DNA of 64,000 nucleotides from a plasmid: sequence record NZ_CP033968.1; one strand, 5' to 3'. Shown piece by piece: positions 56,619 to 64,000 of this stretch (position 1 is its first letter; each line of letters starts with the position of its first letter). The notes under the pieces were generated by a model. It saw only the letters and a program-made list of their open reading frames with translations, ran no database searches and was not told where the DNA came from. The position numbers and the translations under genes were made by a program.

Positions 56619-56808
56619 GGTTTCGACCTCCTTCAATTGTTTCTTGACCAAACCCCACTAAGTGGGTTTCTGTAACACGTAACCATAAATCTATCGGCCA
56701 TCACCGGACAAGGGAAATTGCCCCGGGGTAGCGGCGACCCAAATGGCCCCCTTATGGACCTGCGTGATTCATCTCCTGGCATCAAGGAATTTCATCAGGA
56801 GCATCCAG

Positions 56809-57858
56809 ATGGCTAACAGCAATTCAAAGGACTGGAAAGTCGATTTCTCCAAGGTGCGCAAGGATTTCCCTCTCGATTGGGTCTTCGAGCGCATGCTTGG
56901 TGCAATCCCCAAGCCCATGAGCGGCACGATCCGTTACTCGATCTGCCCGAATCCGGAATGCGGTGCGTCTTCCGAAGGTTCGGTGAAGGTGAGTGTGAAG
57001 GACGACACGTGGAAGTGCTTCGCGTGCAACAAGCACGGTGACGTGATTGAAGCTGCTTCTCTGTACTTGGGTAAGTCTCCCCTCGAGACTGCGCTGGAGC
57101 TCAGTGGTGCTGACGCGAACGCTATCCGTTCGTACACGCCCCCAAAGCCGAAGCCAGCGATCGAGAGGGATGACTCGGCTCTTGAAGAAGTCTTCTCCAA
57201 GCTTGTTGCTGCGCTGCCCGAACCGTCTCGCGATGGTATCGAGTACCTTGCCGGTCGAGGAATCTCGCCGGAGATCACTCGAACCGCCTGTCGAAAGGGC
57301 ATCCTTCTGACGCTTCCGTCAAACCCAAAGGAAGCCAAGGAGTTCCTACTTCACCACATTGGCCAGGGCCTCATGACGAGAGCCGGCTTGTGGAAGGAAG
57401 GATCAAAAGCGCCTGCAGCAGCTTTCCGTCCTCTGGTTCTGGTGTCGAACAACCGGAGGGCTGCGGAGTTTCGTTACTTGCGTGCGACGCGATCCGACGA
57501 GGTCAAATCGCTACGCTACGGAACGATTGCTCCGTGGGGATGGCTTGGTGAATCGAAGCAACGCATTTTGATCACCGAGGGCTGCATCGACTTGCTGTCT
57601 GCTGTCGCACTGGGTACGAAGCGAAGCATAATGGGCCTGCCAGGCTGCGAAAACTGGCGCCCAGAATGGTTCGAAACGTTCCGCGGAGCAGACGTTTTGG
57701 CTGCATTTGACGATGATGATGCAGGGCGAACCGCGTTGGAGAAAATCCGACCTGTCCTGGAGGCTGCAGTTGGCGGACCGATCGGTACGTACACGCTGCC
57801 ACCTGGCGCGAAGGATCTCAACGAGGAGCTCAAGCTCAAACTCGGTCTAAAAATGTAG
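56809..57858 (+). CDS. DNA primase-like protein (CHC2 zinc finger plus Toprim).
   Basis: CPNPECG...CFACNKHGD zinc finger. Toprim acidic residues in ILITEGCIDL and AFDDDDAG. Internal start of track ORF 56743..57858. Confidence 0.65.
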   Translation: MANSNSKDWKVDFSKVRKDFPLDWVFERMLGAIPKPMSGTIRYSICPNPECGASSEGSVKVSVKDDTWKCFACNKHGDVIEAASLYLGKSPLETALELSGADANAIRSYTPPKPKPAIERDDSALEEVFSKLVAALPEPSRDGIEYLAGRGISPEITRTACRKGILLTLPSNPKEAKEFLLHHIGQGLMTRAGLWKEGSKAPAAAFRPLVLVSNNRRAAEFRYLRATRSDEVKSLRYGTIAPWGWLGESKQRILITEGCIDLLSAVALGTKRSIMGLPGCENWRPEWFETFRGADVLAAFDDDDAGRTALEKIRPVLEAAVGGPIGTYTLPPGAKDLNEELKLKLGLKM

Positions 57859-57865
57859 TCCCCCA

Positions 57866-57899
57866 AACCCGGCTCCCCCGCCGGGTTTTTTCTTTTTTG
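57866..57899 (+). terminator. Rho-independent terminator.
   Basis: CCCGGCtcccccGCCGGG followed by TTTTTTCTTTTTT. Confidence 0.6.
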
Positions 57900-58024
57900 T
57901 ACGCCACTTGTAGCAATACAGCTACGCCAATATTCCACATACGCGTTAGACTAGCATCCTGCTTTACCAACGGGCGGGAAGGCTTGACGGCCAACAAGAG
58001 CCCCCAGCATTTGGAGTTCATTCT

Positions 58025-58573
58025 TTGGACAGACGGCGATTTCTTACTTGCACAGCCGGCGCGTTGATCGCCACGTGCACCGACCCACTATTTGCACGGA
58101 CGGACCCGCATTTCTGGGAGCGCCCGAGGCGCCTCTGGATCAAGACGGAGGTTCGTAAGGGAGTCATCGAGGAGATCAGCGAGACATACTGGGCCAACGG
58201 CCGCGTGGTGTGGCCAGGCTACCTCGCTATCTGCCGCCTGATGCGCGATGTACGTGCCGACGCCGCAGTTCAGATGAGTACCACACTGCTCGATATTCTC
58301 TATGGAATGCAAGGCTGGACGGAAATGAACGGACGTCGCAAGGTAATCGCACTGACCTCGGGCTACCGCACTAAGCCCACCAATGAGGCCGTCGGCGGGA
58401 AGGGTGACTCCAGGCACATGAAGGGCGCCGCTGCGGATATCTTTATCCCCGGCGTCTCCGTTGCTGACATGGGCAAGCTCGCTCAGCATTTGCGGGGGGG
58501 CGGAGTTGGCTTCTACCCGTCAAAAGGCGTCGTCCACGTCGATGACGGCGATCTGCGCTCGTGGCGCTCATGA
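58025..58573 (+). CDS. Tat-secreted DUF882/peptidase-M15-like protein (YcbK/MepK family). Putative peptidoglycan peptidase.
   Basis: Twin-arginine motif DRRRFLT. SGYRT...GDSRHMKGAAADI...VHVD matches the DUF882 core. Confidence 0.6.
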   Translation: MDRRRFLTCTAGALIATCTDPLFARTDPHFWERPRRLWIKTEVRKGVIEEISETYWANGRVVWPGYLAICRLMRDVRADAAVQMSTTLLDILYGMQGWTEMNGRRKVIALTSGYRTKPTNEAVGGKGDSRHMKGAAADIFIPGVSVADMGKLAQHLRGGGVGFYPSKGVVHVDDGDLRSWRS

Positions 58574-58742
58574 TCCGGGAATAACACGCATAAATACGCT
58601 TGTAGTATCGTTTCGATTCATTTAGTATTGCACCCATTGCTTGGCCTGACGGCCGAGTGAGACGTGCAGTAGCAGTTTGGGGATCGTGACTGTTCCCTCC
58701 AATGGCCTCTCTACCTGACCCCTGAGTAGGCTTTTCTCCCGA

Positions 58743-58776
58743 CCAGCTCCCCTCCCGAGAGCTGGTTTTTTTTTGG
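58743..58776 (+). terminator. Rho-independent terminator.
   Basis: CCAGCTCccctcccGAGAGCTGG followed by TTTTTTTTT. Confidence 0.6.
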
Positions 58777-58789
58777 TGCTCCCGGCGCG

Positions 58790-58818
58790 AAAAAAACAAA
58801 GGCCGCCAAGGGCGGCCG
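58790..58818 (-). terminator. Rho-independent terminator for the minus-strand gene.
   Basis: GGCCGCCaagGGCGGCC with a T-run on the minus strand. Confidence 0.5.
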
Positions 58819-58842
58819 GCTTATGTTGAGTCTAGCCCGGAG

Positions 58843-59736
58843 CTAGTACAGCTTCGACCAGGAGATCTGATTCGCCAGCGGCCGGTACGGGGTAGCCGAC
58901 AGATCGATCGCCCTCAGCGTAGGGTTCCGGCCGGTGAGGTACCAGTTGTCGTTCTGTTGCGACATCAAGTACCTTTCGGCCATCTGCTGCAGCGCCCGGC
59001 GATATCGGTCCACGTTCTCGCCACCGGACGCCTCCTCGAGAAGGGCGGCCGACCGGATTCCCGGCTGCAACCACGCTGCCCGCGCCAGCATGTAGCCTTC
59101 GTCTCCCGCGACGATGTAGATCTCCCCCTCGACGGCATCAGGCACTGGATCGATCATGAAGGGGAACTCCACGGGCAGGACCAGCCAGCGACGCCAAAAC
59201 TCATAGTGAATTCGCAGTCGAAGGACATCCTTGCGCGTCCCCAGCGTTTCGCAGCACCGCTCAAAGTTCACTTCACCCAGCGTGCGCCCGAACAGCCACT
59301 GTGCCGCCTTCACCAGTTGATCTGGCTTAGTCCGTTTGTCGAACAAAGCCTCAACGTTCGCCTTGACGATCCGGTAGCAGAGACGTTCCACGCCCTCCTC
59401 AAAGTCCTCCTCTGTCAGGTTCCTCAGGTAATCTTCTTTCCGCCGTTTTTGGGTCGTTCCAGCGTTGGGAATACTACTGAGTGCGGCGAGAGCAAGTTCT
59501 TCGCTAAAAGGACGTGCGAGTCCAGCAGCTTCTTCATCCCCCACAGAAGCCATTTCGCCGTCGCCGTCAGAATCGCTAAGATCGAAGGCGTCAAGATCTT
59601 TGAAAAGATTGGAACAATCAAAGCTCTCAAGCCAGCGATGCACATCACGAGGGTCAGACAGATCGCCGCGATCACCAGAAACACCATCCAATCCGACGTG
59701 ATCATAGCCATTCTCCCAGTTTAGGTTTTCACTCAT
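58843..59736 (-). CDS. Hypothetical acidic protein (297 aa) downstream of traD.
   Basis: Track ORF. Confidence 0.45.
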   Translation of the reverse strand: MSENLNWENGYDHVGLDGVSGDRGDLSDPRDVHRWLESFDCSNLFKDLDAFDLSDSDGDGEMASVGDEEAAGLARPFSEELALAALSSIPNAGTTQKRRKEDYLRNLTEEDFEEGVERLCYRIVKANVEALFDKRTKPDQLVKAAQWLFGRTLGEVNFERCCETLGTRKDVLRLRIHYEFWRRWLVLPVEFPFMIDPVPDAVEGEIYIVAGDEGYMLARAAWLQPGIRSAALLEEASGGENVDRYRRALQQMAERYLMSQQNDNWYLTGRNPTLRAIDLSATPYRPLANQISWSKLY

Positions 59737-59833
59737 TTCATGCTCCGTACGTTGTGTTCAAGCCTTCCCGTCCAGTCGTTAGCGAGCGGGAGGGCCTGCT
59801 ACTCAATCCCTGTCCTTCCTTCGTATGCAGGGG

Positions 59834-61603
59834 CTACTCGTTCGCCAGTTCCTGACCGAAATCTCGCTTCCTCCCACCGCTGGGCACGCTGCTCCCGCCG
59901 AGGTACTTGTCGGCATTCTTGAAGAAGTCGGCACCTTCAACTTGGGGGCGTCGGAAGTGGTTGATGCGGAGTGGGCCAATCTCCCGCTGCAGTTTCTTGT
60001 CAATCGTGATCATGGGCACGCGAAGGTTGAAAACCGTATCTCCGCCGTACGTGACAATGCACTCACCCTTGCCAAGCGCTTTGAGATCGTCAGGAGAAAC
60101 CTTGTATTCTTCCTGTTCCCGCTGGCCCTCCGAGAATCCCGAACCTGCGCCAGCGCCACCTTCCGGAGTCATATTCAGCAACGGCGAGTTCGTACTCTGG
60201 TTCTGTGTCGCACTCAACGACTTGGCAATACCCGTTTGATAGCCAATGAGCTCCGCACACTCTTCCGCCGTCGCCTGTGTCCCCACTTTGAACATGATCT
60301 TCGTCCAGGTGTTGCCGATCACCATCTCCTTGAACTCATCGGAAACAGACTCAAGGTTGGCCATTGTTTGTACCGCAGGCCAGAGTGCGATGCGTGCGCT
60401 GCGTGACTGCTCGAATGGGCGGGCCAGGGATTGCACAGCGTAGCTACCTGCTTCATCCATGAAGACGAAGAAGGGAGGATTCGGGCGTTGGCTCTCAGGA
60501 AGTGCCTGCACCCAAGATATGGCGGTACGAAGATCACCGAGGAACATCTTCCCGAAGTTCGATGCCGCCTCGTTCTTTCCCATGGTCGGCAGTGCAACGT
60601 AGATGATCTTGTTGCTTTTGATCGCCTCGAAAAGATCGATCTCCGGTGTGTAGGTGTTCATGACCTTGCCGAAGCTACCGGTCCCGAACATATACATGCG
60701 GCCTCCAACTCCGCCGAAGGTCTCTCGCATCCGCTTGATGTCGACCATGTTCTCCAGCCCGGAGCCAGGTTTTCCACCACCCTTGTACTGTTCAAGGAAT
60801 AGCGACAGGTTCTTCGTAGCGTCGTGGTGGGGGCGCGTCTTTTTCAGCCGCGTCTCGAGCTCCTCCATCGCTCTGTGATTCATGAGCAGGATCGTGAAGT
60901 CGATGAAGTTGTAGGCTAGCCCGGCCGCCTGCATCGCGGCCACCAGGGTTGTAATGCCTTGGTTTGCGCTCTGCTTATAGTGGTCCGCCCCGGGATTCGA
61001 GTCGGTTGCCGGAATTAGCGAGAGGACACGCGCAGATACTTCGTCTGGCTCCCCGCGCAGAATAGGGCTGTACGTGTGGCTCTTGTCCGGATCACCGGGG
61101 TTGAGGATGAGCAAGTCCTGTTCGCGACCGCACGCGCAGCAGTACTGGTAGACCGTCTCCATGTCCTCTGCAGTCAACTTGCCGTCCATGAAAATCAGGC
61201 CGCCGCCCCGCTGGATCTGCTGAAACATCAGCAATCTGCCCATCACGGTCTTCCCCACGCCGGACTGGCCGCCGATGAAACCATGCCGCATCAAGTCGTC
61301 ATCTGGCAGATACACTGGCTTACCGGTATCTGTCGTGAAGCCCAGCAACAGACCATCCGGCTTGGTCAACGCCGCGGCTGACTGAATGCTGATCTTCGAT
61401 TCGAGGATGTTCTGTTGGCGCCAGAAGTCGAATAGCCGGGTGCCAAGGTATGTTGCGCCGGCGGCGCCAAGTGCCATTGGGACAGCCGCCGGTATGTTGG
61501 CAAAGTAGGGTGATGTCATCAAAGCGCCGGCGCCCATGGAACTGAGTGCGAGCGTGTCGCGTGTTCCGCCAAGCTTTGTCCGATAAATCTGATCAATGCT
61601 CAT
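59834..61603 (-). CDS. traD: Type IV coupling protein (TraD/VirD4-family conjugative ATPase).
   Basis: N-terminal TM segment. Walker A GGQSGVGKT. ~590 aa. Start MSIDQ chosen on the basis of a GGAGG RBS. Confidence 0.85.
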   Translation of the reverse strand: MSIDQIYRTKLGGTRDTLALSSMGAGALMTSPYFANIPAAVPMALGAAGATYLGTRLFDFWRQQNILESKISIQSAAALTKPDGLLLGFTTDTGKPVYLPDDDLMRHGFIGGQSGVGKTVMGRLLMFQQIQRGGGLIFMDGKLTAEDMETVYQYCCACGREQDLLILNPGDPDKSHTYSPILRGEPDEVSARVLSLIPATDSNPGADHYKQSANQGITTLVAAMQAAGLAYNFIDFTILLMNHRAMEELETRLKKTRPHHDATKNLSLFLEQYKGGGKPGSGLENMVDIKRMRETFGGVGGRMYMFGTGSFGKVMNTYTPEIDLFEAIKSNKIIYVALPTMGKNEAASNFGKMFLGDLRTAISWVQALPESQRPNPPFFVFMDEAGSYAVQSLARPFEQSRSARIALWPAVQTMANLESVSDEFKEMVIGNTWTKIMFKVGTQATAEECAELIGYQTGIAKSLSATQNQSTNSPLLNMTPEGGAGAGSGFSEGQREQEEYKVSPDDLKALGKGECIVTYGGDTVFNLRVPMITIDKKLQREIGPLRINHFRRPQVEGADFFKNADKYLGGSSVPSGGRKRDFGQELANE

Positions 61604-61664
61604 GAGAGCTGCCTCCATTTCCAGCGCACCTGCATCCTTTCCTGGTACCGGTGCGCATGCTTCG

Positions 61665-61701
61665 AGCAAAAAAGCCCCGGTGCGCGAGAAGCGACCGGGG
61701 G
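61665..61701 (-). terminator. Hairpin plus T-run on the minus strand between the 61709-62584 gene and traD. Possible attenuator.
   Basis: GCCCCGGtcgcttctcgcgcaCCGGGGC followed by TTTTTTG in minus-strand reading. Confidence 0.45.
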
Positions 61702-61708
61702 CAGTGGG

Positions 61709-62584
61709 TTAAAGAAAAATCTCGTCCTTGGGAGACTGCTGGGTGAGTTGAAGGCGCGGGTGGCTCAACAGAAGGGCGCTTTCGACTTTGGTGAGCCCTG
61801 CGTCCTGCTCAACCGTCTGTCGTGCGATCGCAACGTCGGCGATCTTTTGGTTCTGGTCGTCAAGCCTGGTCTTGTACATGGTGTAGCGATCGGACTTGGC
61901 AGAATCAGCTTGCTGACTCTGCGCACCGGCACGCTGCCTTGGCGGTGCTGCATCGACGCCACTCGCTCCGGGAGGAGGGGTGTCGGTGAGCCCAGGCCCG
62001 CGATCCGGACTACCAAACTTGGCGTGCAGGCCTTCCAAGTACTTCACGTCACTGAAGAGGTTCATATGTACGTCAGCGCCGAATCCAAGCAACGACATAC
62101 ATTTGCTCATCCCATCCGTGAAGCTCTTCTTTGGCGCCTCTTCGTCAGTGAAGACGCCGTGGGTCGTACGCCCGACAAACGTCGTCTGGCCGAACTGTTC
62201 GATCTCACCGCGTCGAATCTCGCCTCTCCAATCCATCTCGTACCAGAAGCGAACGCGCAATTTATGGATCAGCTCGCGCCCCCAAGAGTTGCCGTTCTCG
62301 TCCCAGCCCAACGGAGACCCCTCCAGAATCTCTTCCGAAACAATGGTGCACCCCCAACCTAGTCCCATTGGACCGAACAGCTTGGTGGCTTTCTGGACGA
62401 GGTAGGTTGGAGTAACTGCTGTACCTGAGAACCCGCTATGAGTGCTGAACTCCTTCGTGAAGGTTGGATCAGTATGAAACACCTTGTCCCAGACATGAGC
62501 ACAGCCTTCACCCAGTGGTCCTTGCATCCACCCCGGAACCGGTAAGTTGGTCCCCTTGCTGTTGTTGCTGCCGTTTTCACTCAT
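61709..62584 (-). CDS. Hypothetical protein (291 aa) upstream of traD.
   Basis: Track ORF. Confidence 0.45.
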   Translation of the reverse strand: MSENGSNNSKGTNLPVPGWMQGPLGEGCAHVWDKVFHTDPTFTKEFSTHSGFSGTAVTPTYLVQKATKLFGPMGLGWGCTIVSEEILEGSPLGWDENGNSWGRELIHKLRVRFWYEMDWRGEIRRGEIEQFGQTTFVGRTTHGVFTDEEAPKKSFTDGMSKCMSLLGFGADVHMNLFSDVKYLEGLHAKFGSPDRGPGLTDTPPPGASGVDAAPPRQRAGAQSQQADSAKSDRYTMYKTRLDDQNQKIADVAIARQTVEQDAGLTKVESALLLSHPRLQLTQQSPKDEIFL

Positions 62585-62805
62585 TCATCGACCCTCCTAT
62601 GACTGATGCGGGAATGCCTTGCGAAGAGGTATGCGGCACAACGTCGGATAAGGCCTACCAGGCCGGGTTGCGGACAGACTTGTCTCGGCTCACACTTGCG
62701 AATACTTAACACGTCGTTATAATTCTATTGTGCGTGCGAAACGTTTGCAATCGTTGCACTCTTTATCGGTACGCGTTATTCTTCGCCATCACATCATCCT
62801 GTATC

Positions 62806-63435
62806 GCAATGACCCGACTTCTCAAACCGGCAGTCGCCCTTGTGTTCGCGAGCCTCGCGTGGCAGGCGTGGGCGGTGGACGCGCATCAGATCGTCGTTCC
62901 CCAAAGCGACGGCATCGCAATTGAGCCCGCCCATCGCGCTCACGTTTTGTCCGACCAGCAGCGGAACTTCCAACTGAAGCGCGATGGCGCTTTCTGGATG
63001 GTCATGGAACCCGCACGCTCGCGCGCACTGATACCGGAGGAGGAAGCTCGCCTAGCGGCAGAGGAAGCCAGCTTGAACGCCGCGCCCAAGGATTCGACGC
63101 CCGTAGCGGCTGCGACTCTCCATTTCTCGTTCAACCGGGCAAAGCCTATGTCTTGGAGCCCGCTGGCCAAAGTGCTGAATCAGGCCCAGACTTCATCGGC
63201 GCGCATCACCGTGGTCGGCCACGCCGACGAGGTGGGAACCGCTCAGTACAACAAGCGACTCTCCGAGGTCCGCGCAAACGAGGTTCGTCGCTACCTGACG
63301 GCAAAGGGCGTCGATCCCGCTCGGATCAGTGTTGAAGGGCGGGGCAAACTCGAGCCGGTTGCCCCTGGTGATGGCGTACGGAACCGGCGGGCGGTCATTG
63401 ACGTCCTGGCATTTCCGCAGGGGGCAGGCCAGTGA
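62806..63435 (+). CDS. OmpA-family (peptidoglycan-binding C-terminal domain) protein at the start of the pilus operon.
   Basis: Signal peptide. TVVGHADEVGTAQYNKRLSEVRANEVRRYL...NRRAVI matches the OmpA C-terminal motif. Internal start of track ORF 62728..63435. Confidence 0.7.
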   Translation, partial: AMTRLLKPAVALVFASLAWQAWAVDAHQIVVPQSDGIAIEPAHRAHVLSDQQRNFQLKRDGAFWMVMEPARSRALIPEEEARLAAEEASLNAAPKDSTPVAAATLHFSFNRAKPMSWSPLAKVLNQAQTSSARITVVGHADEVGTAQYNKRLSEVRANEVRRYLTAKGVDPARISVEGRGKLEPVAPGDGVRNRRAVIDVLAFPQGAGQ

Positions 63436-63716
63436 AAGAGATTGATATCCCGCGCTACGTCGACAATCAACCCCAGCTGTTCTTCTGGGAACTTGACGAA
63501 GCCATCATTTTCATCGGTTGTTTAGCCGGCGGAATCTCACTGGGCGGCTACTTCACGCTCGTCAGCATGGCGCTCGGTTACGGGGCAGTGAAGGCGTTCC
63601 GACGCTTCAAGAATGGTTCGCTGGAAGGCATCCTCTACCACCTGTGCTATTGGGCTGGGCTCATGGCGCTGAACAAGCAGTATCAGGACTCCTCGAAGCG
63701 CGACTTCTTCTACTAG
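63432..63716 (+). CDS. traL: TraL-like type IV conjugative pilus assembly protein.
   Basis: 94 aa. IPRYVDNQPQLFFWELDE...FRRFKNGSLEGILYHLCYWAGL resembles the F TraL pattern. Confidence 0.6.
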   Translation: MKEIDIPRYVDNQPQLFFWELDEAIIFIGCLAGGISLGGYFTLVSMALGYGAVKAFRRFKNGSLEGILYHLCYWAGLMALNKQYQDSSKRDFFY

Positions 63717-63788
63717 AACCCGCCCCTTTTTTTAGTCATCTATTATCGGTACGTGTTATGTATCCGTACAGCAACCGAACGGAGTTTT

Positions 63789-64000
63789 GATGAAGATGCC
63801 GCTGCTTACCTCCACATGGGAGGGCTCCAACAAGCTGGCCAGCGTAATGATTCTGTCGAACGTCATTCTTGCCGTCGGCGTGGTCATTGCCGTTGGCAAG
63901 CTGGTCACTGACCACGAAGTCACCCGCATCGTGCCGCCGCACCTCACAAAGGCGGTCTCCGTTGGCTGGGAATCTGCCGACCAGGAGTATCTGGAAAGCT
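63789..64000 (+). CDS. traE: TraE-like conjugal transfer protein, partial (3' end beyond window).
   Basis: N-terminal TM helix followed by TRIVPPHLTKAVSVGWESADQEYLES, as in TraE. Confidence 0.5.

Overview
High-GC (Burkholderiales-like) mosaic accessory DNA that looks like part of a conjugative element, either an ICE or a plasmid. It has three parts:

1. **1-19.6 kb: plus-strand cargo.** A run of single-gene units, each closed by its own rho-independent terminator. It contains a partial AT-richer gene, an adenine-MTase-fold protein lacking the catalytic motif, a DndC/PAPS-reductase-like PP-loop protein, an IS21-family insertion, several acidic small proteins, an HNH_2-type nuclease gene split by an IS3-family element, and a tyrosine-recombinase-like gene with degenerate catalytic residues.

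2. **19.66-44.90 kb: a ~25.2 kb Tn3-family transposon.** It has 46-bp terminal inverted repeats and a 5-bp AATAT target duplication, and it interrupted a small secreted-protein gene. The cargo is a B-A-C-ordered HME-RND metal-efflux operon, a CDF transporter, cytochrome b561, an IS1071 copy with no target duplication, and a complete orphan T6SS effector module: vgrG, DUF4123 adaptor, DUF3304 lipoprotein, Tle1/DUF2235 phospholipase and downstream small genes. The transposon's tnpA has its stop codon inside the right IR, and no resolvase is visible.

3. **45-64 kb: conjugation and maintenance.** Genes include a C5-cytosine MTase, DsbC-like, TraW, TraU, TrbC-like, ssb, rdgC, a CHC2/Toprim primase, a Tat-secreted DUF882 peptidase, TraD coupling protein, an OmpA-like protein, TraL, and a partial TraE.

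No rRNA, tRNA or CRISPR was seen. All calls rest on motif recognition and reading-frame inspection by eye; no database searches were run.
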